Positions 47,449 through 57,119 of a DNA stretch of 64,000 bases are shown here, one piece after another. Positions within the stretch are counted from its first letter, which is position 1; every line of letters begins with the position of its first letter. A program made the translations under genes and the position numbers. The notes below the pieces were generated by a model. The model ran no database searches. It was not told where the DNA came from and was given only the letters and a program-made list of their open reading frames with translations. The stretch spans positions 980,410 through 1,044,409 of the forward strand of contig CAVOXA010000014.1 of the NCBI GenBank assembly GCA_963700285.1. The letters are read 5' to 3'. This DNA comes from an uncultured Chloroflexia bacterium (GTDB lineage Bacteria; Chloroflexota; Anaerolineae; JAAYZQ01).

Positions 47449-48576
47449 CTATGCAACTAGGGACTTGGCCGCCAACTCCTCCTCGACCTGCGCAAAACGA
47501 TCGACTGCTGTCTGATCTTTGACCCAGGTCAGGAGATCTTTCATTCCCTCTTCCAGCGAGATCGTTGGTTCAAAGCCCAATAAGCTGCGAGCCTTGGTCA
47601 AGTCTGCGTAGCAATGACGGACGTCGCCAGCACGGAATTGGTTCAGGATCTGGGGTTTGACCTCGCCAGCGGTCAGCGACTGGGCCAGCATCTTGGCCAC
47701 CTGGGCGATGGAGGTCGGCACGCCAGTTCCCAGGTTAAAGACCTGATGATCCGCCTCCTGCCTCTCCATAGCAAGCACCAAACCCTGTACGATGTCCTTC
47801 ACGTGGATAAAATCCCGGGATTGCAGGCCATCTTCATAGATGACAGGAGGCTGGCCGTTGAGCAGCCTCCCCGAAAAGATGGCCATCACGCCCGTGTATG
47901 GATTGGACAGCGCCTGCCTGGGCCCATAGGTATTGAAAAAGCGAAGGGCCACTGCCGGGATGCCATAGGCAAACCCAATACTCAGGAACATCTCTTCGTG
48001 ATCCCGCTTGGTAATGGCATAAATGGACGTGGGATAAAGCGGCTTGTCCTCATCGGTGGGTACGGACTGCACATCTCTACCACAACTTGGGCAGTGCATC
48101 TCCCAATCGCGGGCCTTGAGTTGTTCCTCGGGACGCAGCCTGGGATAAGCACCGCCACAGGCCGCACACTCGTACTTGCCCTCGCCATAGATGGACATAG
48201 ACGAGGCGACGACGAGTTTCCGTACAGAGTGTCTGCTGTTGACCAGTAGATCCAGCAGAACAGCACCTCCCAGCGTGTTTGCCTCCGTATAGTACTGGAT
48301 TTCGTACATGGACTGGCCCACACCCACTGCGGCCGCCAGGTGATAGATAACGTCGATACCCTGGAGCGCTCTCGCTAGGGCATCGCGGTCGCGCACGTCG
48401 CCCTTGATGAATTCGGCCTCAGGATGTAGGTACTTGGGCAGGGCTTGCTCTGGTCCGTGCACCTGAGCCACCAGGGCATCGTAGATCCGGACGTCGTGCC
48501 CGCGTTCAAGCAACTCGTCTACCAGGAAAGAGCCAATGAACCCAGCACCCCCTGTGACCAGGACTCTCTCACTCAT
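47449..48576 (-). CDS. NAD-dependent nucleotide-sugar epimerase/dehydratase
   Basis: VTGGAGFIGS, ASSMSIYGEG, YAITK (YxxxK), RDFIHV. Confidence 0.93.
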   Translation of the reverse strand: MSERVLVTGGAGFIGSFLVDELLERGHDVRIYDALVAQVHGPEQALPKYLHPEAEFIKGDVRDRDALARALQGIDVIYHLAAAVGVGQSMYEIQYYTEANTLGGAVLLDLLVNSRHSVRKLVVASSMSIYGEGKYECAACGGAYPRLRPEEQLKARDWEMHCPSCGRDVQSVPTDEDKPLYPTSIYAITKRDHEEMFLSIGFAYGIPAVALRFFNTYGPRQALSNPYTGVMAIFSGRLLNGQPPVIYEDGLQSRDFIHVKDIVQGLVLAMERQEADHQVFNLGTGVPTSIAQVAKMLAQSLTAGEVKPQILNQFRAGDVRHCYADLTKARSLLGFEPTISLEEGMKDLLTWVKDQTAVDRFAQVEEELAAKSLVA

Positions 48577-49516
48577 GATCGCTCTCCGTGTCGTCCCAGA
48601 TTCTCCGGATAGAATATTCTTCTTCGGCCTGAAAGGTGGCACTGCGCAGCATCTCGCCCAGCAGGCCCAGGCTGATCAGTTGGATGCCTACCATCAGGGC
48701 AGTAATGCCAAGAAAGAGCAGAGGGCGCCAGCCGAGGCCCCCCTGGACCACCCATAGTACAGCCAGATATAGCATGATCAGCGTGCCCAGCCCCGCAACG
48801 ATGCTTCCCGCCATGCCAAAAAGGTGCATGGGGCGCCTGAGATAGGTGGTCAGAAAGAGCACGCTCAGAAAATCGATATAGCCTCGCGCCAGCCGGCGGA
48901 CGCCATACTTGGAGTCGCCAAAGCGGCGCGGGTGGTGGGTGACCTGGACCTCAGTGACCCTGTAGCCTTTCCAATGGGCCAGCACCGGTATGTATCGATG
49001 CAATTCACCGTACAGCTTGAGATCCCGCACAACCTCGGAGCGGTATGCTTTGAAGCCGCAGTTGATATCGTGCAATTGGAGGCCCGTGAGTGTCGACACT
49101 GTCGTGTTGGCAATCTTGGAGGGCCATCTCTTGGAGACATTGTCCTGGCGTTGGGCCCGCCAGGCACCCACCAGATCGTAGCCATCATCGAGCTTGGCCA
49201 GCAGCTTGGGCAGCTCGTTGGGGTCATCCTGGAGATCAGCATCTAGCGTGACGACGATCTCGCCACGGACCAAGGCAAAGCCAGCCGACAGCGCCGCGGT
49301 CTTGCCAAAGTTGCGGCGGAACTGGATTACACGCACGTGCTCCCCATCCGCCTGATACAGGTCCCTCAAGACCGCCACAGAATCATCGGTACTGCCATCG
49401 TCCACAAAGATGATCTCGTAGGCAAAGGGCAAGGACGCTGCAACGTTAGTGACCGCCCCGTAAAGGGCCTCCAGCGATTCCTCTTCATTTAGCAGTGGGA
49501 TTACAAACGAGATCAT
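48569..49516 (-). CDS. GT2 polyprenyl-phosphate glycosyltransferase (ArnC/DPM-like)
   Basis: FVDDGSTD, RNFGK, DADLQD, D.NCGFK, HRYIP; two C-terminal TMs. Confidence 0.92.
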   Translation of the reverse strand: MISFVIPLLNEEESLEALYGAVTNVAASLPFAYEIIFVDDGSTDDSVAVLRDLYQADGEHVRVIQFRRNFGKTAALSAGFALVRGEIVVTLDADLQDDPNELPKLLAKLDDGYDLVGAWRAQRQDNVSKRWPSKIANTTVSTLTGLQLHDINCGFKAYRSEVVRDLKLYGELHRYIPVLAHWKGYRVTEVQVTHHPRRFGDSKYGVRRLARGYIDFLSVLFLTTYLRRPMHLFGMAGSIVAGLGTLIMLYLAVLWVVQGGLGWRPLLFLGITALMVGIQLISLGLLGEMLRSATFQAEEEYSIRRIWDDTESDHE

Positions 49517-49521
49517 CCGAG

Positions 49522-49707
49522 TTAGTTCATCTGCCAAAGGGTCCTCCAGCCGTTCGCCAGCTCTGCCCCAGGGAAACACCCAGACCCATCCCTAGCCTCA
49601 ATCTCACCAAAGCTAGCCTCAGGATGCTGATCATACCAGTCTTCCAAGACACCATACATGTGGGCTGCCTTCTCCAGAAAAGCGGCTTCGCGCTGAGCAC
49701 GCGACAT
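49522..49707 (-). mobile_element. Possible truncated IS (ISKra4-like) N-terminal ORF remnant
   Basis: AFLEKA..MY..LEDWYDQHPEASFGEIEA resembles, from recall only, small upstream ORFs of ISKra4-type elements; sequence degenerates afterwards. Confidence 0.4.
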
Positions 49708-49876
49708 CTGACGATACGTGGCTTCTGCCTCCTCATTGAAGTGGATACGCTCAGACCAGTATACTCGATGGATCGCTGATCGACCAAGACCGACCGGCGT
49801 AACGGCAACTCAGTCCTCCCACACTTTTGCGCTATACTCCCCGGCGAAAGACCTAAAACTGGCTGTTCTTATTTCT

Positions 49877-49948
49877 ACCGCAAAGACGCAAAGAACGCAA
49901 AGGAATTCACAAAGCAAAAAAACCTGGCGTCCTTTGCGTCCTTGCGGT
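49877..49948. repeat. Inverted repeat element (CGCAAAG)n ... (CTTTGCG)n
   Basis: ACCGCAAAGACGCAAAGAACGCAAAG ... CCTGGCGTCCTTTGCGTCCTTGCGGT just downstream of add. Confidence 0.8.
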
Positions 49949-49955
49949 GAGATCT

Positions 49956-50981
49956 CTATTGCCAAGCCCACAGCCGCGCAAACTCGGTCAGAAACTCTTT
50001 CTCAAGCGATGCTTTTTCTTCGGCCGGGAGGAAACTCGCCCGCAGCGCATTTAAACTGAGCACCTCCAACTCCTCAGCCGTGAAGCCCAGGTGCTCCGCC
50101 AGCGCCTCGTACTCTCCCACCAGGTCGGTGTTGAACATCGGCGGATCATCGGAATTCACCGTGATGTACAGGCCCTCGTCCCACAGCTCCCGCACCGGAT
50201 GGGCCTCGTAGGAAGGATATATCCCCAGGCACAGGTTGCTCGTGGGGCACACTTCCAGCGGGATCTGGCGCTCTCGCAGGCAGTCGACCAGCGCCGGGTC
50301 CTCTATGCTGCGCACCCCGTGCCCGATCCGCTCCGCCTTTAGCCCCCGCAGCGCGATCCACACGCTATCCGGGCCGGCCGCCTCGCCAGCGTGGGGCACG
50401 CTGTGCAGGCCTGCCTTTCTGGCCATGGCGTAGGCATCCACGAACCGCTCGGGCGGATTCCCTTTCTCCGTGCCGCCCAGCCCAAAGCCGACCACGCCCC
50501 GGTCCATGGCGCTGATGGCCCACTCGGCGACCTGGAAGCGGCTGTCTGGGTTGTCGCGCACGATGTCCAGCACCCAGCGGAACTCGACGCCGAAATCGGC
50601 CCGGGCCCGCTGCCGCCCCTCGTTCAGCCCGGCCAAGATCTCGTCGAAGGGCAGACCCGTGTGGCCCACGCTGGTATGGGGCGTAAAGGTCACCTCGGCG
50701 TAGCGGGTGTTCTGCCGGGCCATGTCCGCCCCGAACTCGTAGGCGACGAGGCTGAAATCATCCACGGTCCTTAGACAGCCGGAGATGGTGAAATAGACCT
50801 GGATAAAGTGGTCGAAATCGGTAAAGCGGTAGAACTCGCGCAGGCCATCCACATCCTGCGCCGGCAGCGCCACGCCGTTACGCTGGGCCAGCGTCAGCAG
50901 CGTCGCCGGCCGGATGCTGCCCTCCAGGTGCACGTGCAGCTCTACCTTGGGCATCTCGCGGATGAAATCATGTAGGCTCAT
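49956..50981 (-). CDS. add: Adenosine deaminase
   Basis: PKVELHVHLEGS, HAGE, RIGHG, EVCPTSN, NSDDP. Confidence 0.95.
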   Translation of the reverse strand: MSLHDFIREMPKVELHVHLEGSIRPATLLTLAQRNGVALPAQDVDGLREFYRFTDFDHFIQVYFTISGCLRTVDDFSLVAYEFGADMARQNTRYAEVTFTPHTSVGHTGLPFDEILAGLNEGRQRARADFGVEFRWVLDIVRDNPDSRFQVAEWAISAMDRGVVGFGLGGTEKGNPPERFVDAYAMARKAGLHSVPHAGEAAGPDSVWIALRGLKAERIGHGVRSIEDPALVDCLRERQIPLEVCPTSNLCLGIYPSYEAHPVRELWDEGLYITVNSDDPPMFNTDLVGEYEALAEHLGFTAEELEVLSLNALRASFLPAEEKASLEKEFLTEFARLWAWQ

Positions 50982-51017
50982 CGCTCACGCTCCCGGTCAG
51001 GTTGCCATCTGTAGGAC

Positions 51018-51047
51018 ATTGTAGCACAGGGTGGCATTCGCCGTCAA
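51018..51047 (-). promoter_or_regulatory. Promoter of add
   Basis: TTGACG-N18-TACAAT with extended TG on the minus strand. Confidence 0.65.
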
Positions 51048-51070
51048 GCGGCAGCTTCCAGCAGTAGCAC

Positions 51071-51105
51071 AGATTGGTCCAGTTTTCAGAAAACTGGACC
51101 AATCT
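51071..51105. repeat. Perfect 16-bp inverted repeat (REP-like or terminator)
   Basis: AGATTGGTCCAGTTTT-CAG-AAAACTGGACCAATCT followed by T-runs. Confidence 0.8.
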
Positions 51106-51406
51106 TTTTCAATCTTTTTGTCCTTGGGGACCGAGGGCCAGCAGGGTGATCTACTGTGCCACTGTGCCACTGTCCCGACGTGTGCCCCCGGTGGAGGTGG
51201 CGTTTCCTGCGGAAATGATAGGATGGCGACGACGGACGAACCTGATGCGGCATTTCCGCTGAAGGAGGGACGCTACAGTTCGCGGCGTGCATCACTTTTA
51301 CGATCTTGGGCCTATCCAACCAGGAAGCAGTCCGACAGAGGGGGGCCTGTTTCTGTCAACCAAAAACAGGGGTTGGCAAGACGACTGCCATCAGGTCCAA
51401 ATGCAA

Positions 51407-51434
51407 GAGACCCCCCGCCCTCCTGGGGGGTCTC
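51407..51434 (-). terminator. Hairpin downstream of the small minus-strand ORFs
   Basis: GAGACCCCCC-N8-GGGGGGTCTC, then TTGCATTT on the minus strand. Confidence 0.55.
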
Positions 51435-51475
51435 ACCATCGATCGGAGCCTAGGGCTCCGGAGGCTGTACCTTGC

Positions 51476-51688
51476 TTAACAGCATTGCTCTTGGGGTGCC
51501 GGCGGCTTGGCGCTCCAAGACCGGATCGCGGCCGCAGGGCGGCCCAACGAGGTGCGCAAGCCGGACTGCATGGCAGCCAGCCATGATCTTGCCCTACCGT
51601 CCTGCGCTCGCCTTGGCCTGGCCTGCCAGTGGTAAGAATTCACGCGATCTTGTGCTTCTGTCTCGTACATGTACATGGGGCTGTGCAT
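51476..51688 (-). CDS. Small Arg-rich hypothetical protein
   Basis: 70 aa, GGGAG SD, hairpin downstream. Confidence 0.5.
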   Translation of the reverse strand: MHSPMYMYETEAQDRVNSYHWQARPRRAQDGRARSWLAAMQSGLRTSLGRPAAAIRSWSAKPPAPQEQCC

Positions 51689-51809
51689 TGTAACGCTCTC
51701 CCTACGGCCTGTCGCCGTTCTTCTTCATTCAGTGGATTTGATGGAAGCCGGCCGTCCCAAGAGGGCCAGCCACTTCCGCCTGCAGGTGCGAACCCCTGCT
51801 GAAAAGGAC

Positions 51810-52088
51810 CTAGCCGCAGCGGCCTGCTGAGAACAGAGCCGTCTCGTCCCCTCTCAGGACGGATGGGTCCAGCCCAAAGCGCGCCAGCCGGTCGGCCAGC
51901 ACGACCCTTTGAAAGTCCAACCCGCACAGCACTCGATTCCAGTACCGGGATTGCCGATCTCTGCTATCTTTCCCGTTCTGGCGGGATTGGCGGGCTTGCG
52001 TCCTCAGCGTCCGGGCCTCCAGACCTCGCTGCAGATCTACTTCGTGCCGGGCTCTGATTGCTTCTGCGTTGCCAAAGTCGATAACCAT
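51810..52088 (-). CDS. Small Arg-rich hypothetical protein
   Basis: 92 aa from MVIDFG, AAGGGA SD, TATGAT -10-like upstream. Confidence 0.5.
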   Translation of the reverse strand: MVIDFGNAEAIRARHEVDLQRGLEARTLRTQARQSRQNGKDSRDRQSRYWNRVLCGLDFQRVVLADRLARFGLDPSVLRGDETALFSAGRCG

Positions 52089-52233
52089 CGCGTGTGTCCC
52101 TTTCCATCGTCTGCGTGTGACAAAGGCTACCGTGCTACCTAGAACTCCAGCCTTCATTCTGACCACATCTTATCATAGCCCTGTCTACAGAATGCATACA
52201 CGCCGGAGAGCGGATTCAAGATTCTGTATGCAA

Positions 52234-52271
52234 ATCAGGTGCAACGCACTTGCAAGTGCGTTGCACCTGAT
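52234..52271. repeat. Perfect 38-bp palindrome
   Basis: ATCAGGTGCAACGCACTTGCAAGTGCGTTGCACCTGAT equals its own reverse complement. Confidence 0.95.
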
Positions 52272-52464
52272 CGTTCCCCTGGCCGGGTCGGTGTCCTCAG
52301 GGGACCAGAACCCCGGTTTGGAGCGGCCTCAAGTCGGGATGCCAACCTCCGCCCGGGCTGGCCATGCAGCCCTGGAGCACGCCTGTGTGCCCCGTCTGGC
52401 CCTGTCGCAGCCGCGGACAAAAGTCTGGCGGCCTGGCATGCCAGGGCAATCGCATCTAAATCCT

Positions 52465-52492
52465 GTCATTGCGAGGGAACCGAAGCAATCTC
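52465..52492. repeat. GTCATTGCGAG...CGAAGCAATCTC palindromic repeat
   Basis: Shares the GTCATT..AATC architecture with 2834 and 30971. Confidence 0.65.
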
Positions 52493-52656
52493 TCCTTGAA
52501 AACACTGTGGACCGCCGACCGGCGCCTGTCCCATGCCGCGGATCAGGCCTGGGTGCGGCTGCTGGGCGAGGCGTAGGCGCCGGCCAATGCCCTTGTTGGT
52601 GGTCCGCACCTCAAGCCGGCTGGCAGCGCGCACCAGTGCTGAGTTTGGACAAGAAT

Positions 52657-52790
52657 GGGAGACAGGAGACATCGTAGACAAGGAGACAGACTATTTTTTT
52701 GTCTCCTATCTCTCTCTCCCGACGAAAACAGACCGGCTGGGAGACAAAAGTGGGGGGTATCCCCCCTGTCTCCCTGTCTACTTGTCTCCC
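52657..52790. repeat. (GGAGACA)n/(TGTCTCC)n inverted repeat cluster
   Basis: Several GGAGAC/TAGACA units facing TGTCTCC/TGTCTAC units. Confidence 0.65.
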
Positions 52791-52921
52791 ATTCGGAGGT
52801 GGTCCGGTGGCCAAGCGCGGGTTGTGTGCTTGCAGCGCCATCTGGTCGGGTGGCTGCTGCCCGGGAGGGCGTGTTGTTGGGTTCGCGGGGTAGGCGGACG
52901 TCTTTTGTTCATCCTGAGGGT

Positions 52922-52950
52922 AGTATAGCACAAATGTGCTAGTTTGTCAA
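52922..52950 (-). promoter_or_regulatory. Consensus promoter with an internal palindromic operator (LexA-box-like)
   Basis: TTGACA-N17-TATACT; TAGCACA-AA-TGTGCTA at 52926-52941. Confidence 0.8.
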
Positions 52951-52985
52951 GTTTTTGAATGCGAGAATCTCGCCGACCACAGGCT

Positions 52986-53034
52986 GCCGGGGCATGAATA
53001 CCCCGGCTACGGAGCCACGCCGGCTCAAGCCGGC
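52986..53034. repeat. REP-like double hairpin
   Basis: GCCGGGGCATGAATACCCCGGC and GCCGGCTCAAGCCGGC. Confidence 0.6.
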
Positions 53035-53390
53035 TGGGGGCCGGGCTCAACGTGGCGACGAGGGGGCAGAGCCCTGCGGCGGGCCCTTGAAGCGCCTGCA
53101 TAGCTTATGGAACCGGTCGAGATCGCGGACCGCGATCTCGTCCAGCACCTGGTCCCAGGTCTCGAAATGAATCTGCAAGCGCTCGAGGATTTTCTGCCTA
53201 CGTGCCTAAAAGCACCTTATCTCGCGAGTAGAGTCCCCGGCGCATTTGTATGCCTCCAGCCTCTGCCTGATCCGCTCCCTGATGTGGGCCCAATCAGACT
53301 TCCTGGACTTGATGTCCTGATTGTCCATTGGCAGGGGACGATACCGATGCGGCAGAGGCAATACGCATTGTGAGTGCATGTTGGCTCAAA

Positions 53391-56300
53391 CTAGAGTAGT
53401 TGCGCGATCTGTTGTGCGATATTCCGTACCTCGCCGGAGTCCAATCCCCCTTGCGCATCGTCCTGAGTGGTGAACAGACTAATTCCCTCGATCAGTCCAT
53501 TCTGCAAGTACCACTCGCGTTTTCTCTCCCAAGAACGCCGGTAATCATCACGGGAGAGCATACCCAGGTGCTCCCAAATGACCGGATCCCCGGCTGGATC
53601 GGCAAAAAAGAAGTCGGGTCGGCGTTTACCCGGCACGACGGTACCTTCGAACCGTGGTTCGTACTCGTAGTCAATGTCCATCTGGAAGAGCATGTTTGCG
53701 ATTACCAGTTCTGACTTGCTGCGTACCATGTGACCTTTGAGGGTTCGATGGATCAGGTGTTCAGCGTAGGGTACTGCGTCGGCCTCAGAACGGACAGTTG
53801 CCTGGAAGAGGTTGGTGTTGCGTCGAGCGGTCTCGGAGCTCTCCGGACGCGTGTACTCGTATACGCTCGAGGCGTCAGAGCCCTCAATGAGTAGGACCAA
53901 TTGCTGCCGGGACCGTGTAAGAGCCGTGTAGAGAAGCTCACGCGACAAGAGCCGGCAGTGCTTGGGCAGAACGACAAAGACCTTTCTGAATTCGCTTCCC
54001 TGGGCCTTGTGAACCGTAAGCGCATAGGCCAGCTCAAGCGGCCCCGATCCTGATGCAAAGTCTTTCGTGTTGCTGTAGCCGACAGTGTAGTATGGTCGTC
54101 CCGCAAAGACAACGTTCAGATAGCCCTTGTTGTCTGTAGCACAGATGCCTACCTCTCCGTTGGCCAGGTAGCATCATTTCCGTCTTGTAGGTTCTGGTGT
54201 CGCATGCCCAGCGCCGCTGGTTGTCCAGTTGGATGACCTTGTCACGGATTACGATCTCCTCGTCGCCCAACTTGGCTTTCCACCTGTTGGACCGCGCGTT
54301 GCGCAGTTCCTGTCCCCTGTACTGTCCTTGAACCAAGCGGTTCAGCGCATAGATACCATGGGGATGCATTCTTACCGGCGATAGAATCTGGAAATTCTCC
54401 GCGCCATCTGGGTTGTCAAAGGGAACCCACCGTTTGTCAGTGAGACCGAGCGCACGGTCGAAACCGGCCACGTCCTTGTCGTTGCTCAGACCCAAGTGCC
54501 TGCAGAACAGCTCGAAGAGCAGACTGCGCAGTTCTTCGGGAGTCTTCCAAAACTGTATCTCCAGGTCGTTGAACGACTCGCCCTGCTCCAGGTCGCTGAA
54601 GACTCGGTCGGCATCGGCTGGCTGTTGCTCTCGCGTAAACCACGAGGCCAAGTGCAGCGTGTCCGACGGGCCAGTCGCCGCCGAGCGCACCTCTACCGTC
54701 AGCTTGCCCATTGTCTGGCTGAGCATCTTTTGCGCTGGATCGTCGGAGGCGCCTGCCAGCTCCAAGCTGCCTACAAGATCAGCAAAGGGTCGTCCCACGC
54801 CGATGGGCGGCAGTTGGTTTGGATCGCCGACGAGGATAATGCGTTGCACGTGCACCTGGTCGAGTGCTTGCAGGACGGCGAACAGATCATCCATCGTCAA
54901 CATAGAACTCTCGTCGATGACGACAGTCTTCTCTTTGCGGTACTTTTTCTCGCCATCGAAGAGGGGGCGCTGTCGTTCTCCATCGTAGCGACCCAACCTG
55001 TGAAGGAACTGGGCCACGGTCATTGCCTCACCTCGGGCGGCCCTTCCGAGGAGGACCCGCGCCTTGCCCGTTGGCGCCAGGAGGAGGATGCCATCGCTCG
55101 CCACAGCTCCGCACAACAGGAGCGCGCCCAAAGTGGATGTCTTGCCGGTACCGGCTCGACCCACCAGAACTGATAGCTTTCTTGTAGTGATCCTCTCCAG
55201 GGCGTTTGCCTGTTCTTCCAAGGCATCCAGGTGCCTCGGATTGCCCGGATCGTAGTTGCCACCCCTCGCTTCAATGGCCTGTACAATCAAATCTCTCCAA
55301 TTGACGCCCGCCGACGGGAGCGGTTTCATAGCGCGAGCGCGCAGAACCTTGCGCAACCGATCCTCGCGCCCTTTGAGATCGGTCATTTGCAGGGCGGGTA
55401 TCACCACCTGCTTCTCCGGCTCTTCAGGGCTTGGATCACTCGTCAGCACCTCCAAGCGCTCCACAACGCCAGACAGAGACGCTTCATTCGCCTTGAGCCA
55501 GTCGGCTGTCACCGCACACGGATGTGAAAGAGCCAGTTTCTCCAGCCGATCCATGACCTCCCGCTCAGCCAGAAGTGAGTCGCCGCTTTCGGCAGCCGCC
55601 CTTAGCACGCTGGCAATGGCGGCGCGCACGCGCCTGGCATCGAGTTGGGAGTGCACGGTGGAAGGGGCTGGCACTGGATGTCTGGCGGCGACGGTCGAGT
55701 CTGGCAGCAGTCCACGGTCTGTAACACCGATCGAGATCGGCCCATCGGTTGCATCACCCAGGTCAACTTCAGGGATGCGATAGGGATTGGCCAGGAGCTC
55801 TGGGTCTTTGAGTGGAACCGGGCGTTGCTCAGGGTTGAACCAGCGAGCTGATTGCTTCGGCGTGAGATCAAAGCGCGAGAGCAGGCAGAGCAAGGCGCGA
55901 CGCTCTTCGGATAGCCCGGCCCAGGTGTTACTCACTGCGTCCACATCACCCTGGTAGGCGGGCTTTGGTGGCGGTGTCTGACCTTGAAGGAGCGCATCCA
56001 CAGCAGGCCATGGATCGTCTCCTAGGCTGAACAATGCCCTCCGCATAGAGATCTAGGGCCAGAGCAGTTCCCAGACGAAGTCCAATGGCCTCCAAGGCTG
56101 ATCCCAAGCCGGGAAATGCGCCTCGCTCCTTCCACACGGCGGCGATCTGCTCGTTCAGCCAATCCTCGCGCGCATCCCAGGGACCTCTTGCTATGCCATG
56201 TTCCTTGATTCGGCGTACGGCTTCCAGACATTGAGTCAGAGTGGATAAGGCAATGTCCGCACTTGCCAACTCGGACATGTACGAAAAGGCGCGCAAGTGA

Positions 56301-57098
56301 TCGGAAGCAGGTACGATGGCGATCTCGCGTGCGAGTCTGTTCCGGCGCTCATCCTCGGCTGGATCTCCTGTCGGCGCGAGATATTGGTGATAGGGAAGCA
56401 AGAAGCCTTCCGCCCCGTCGGGGCGAACCGAGTGGCGAACTAGCCGATCCCATACGAGATAGGTTGGCTGTGCGGGATCGTCGGTCTCATAGTAGATCGG
56501 CCGGCCTATGCTTGTGACGTGTCCAAGACCGATTACAAGCCGAATGATCTCATCGCCCAGGGGATGGCCTTCCTTGGTATAGAAGAACACCAAGGACTTT
56601 CCCTCTTGAAGGCGATTGAAGAACATGTCGCTCAAGGCTTCCTGGCGGGCACGTCCGAACACCCATGCTGACTTGAAGGGCGCTTCTTCATCGGGAGGGA
56701 GCGGCTCTGGAAGGGATTGGTCGATCTCGTCCTGGTTCTGGCGGAGCATCCACCAGAAGGGAACCGCAAAGGTGGAGTATGGCGGTACGGGAACGACGGT
56801 GGGCTTGAGATGGCCGTGGGTTGCCTGTGTCTTGGTCAAGGGCTGGTACGGATGTTCGGCGACACGCACCCATTCATCAGGTGTCATAAAGGCACCGGCT
56901 TCTGCCTTGCACGGAGGAAGGTCCGCTAGCCCCAAGTCGGCCCACGCCTTGCCTGCTAGCCTGTCCTCTTTGTCATCGTCCCGAGGGGTTTCGCGGATGC
57001 GATCCAGAGCAATGCAGAACGAGTTCCGTGAGGGGGCACGACAAATCGGTGCCATCCCACTGGTTATCGTGCCAGGCTACGCGGATGGAAAGATGCAT
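53391..57098 (-). CDS. RecD2-like SF1 helicase with C-terminal PD-(D/E)xK-like nuclease (about 1230 aa; frameshifts near 57047, 56030, 54170)
   Basis: MHLSIRVAWHD start; GRAGTGKT, LLAPTGKA, VIDESSM, VGDPNQLPP, LAYALTVHKAQGSEF, LYTALTR; tail RSKSE..YEYE..PDF..WEHLGM. Confidence 0.85.
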
Positions 57099-57119
57099 AA
57101 CCAACCCCTTTCTCCGGTC

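Noticed and set aside
52926-52941. CIRCE (HrcA) operator
   Set aside because: It shares TAGCAC but lacks the TTAGCACTC-N9-GAGTGCTAA spacing, and no chaperone gene follows
53107-53373. 88-aa plus-strand ORF or minus-strand fragments (MDNQDIK.., ILERLQIHFETWDQVLDEI)
   Set aside because: No recognisable family; probably a decayed gene fragment at the island border
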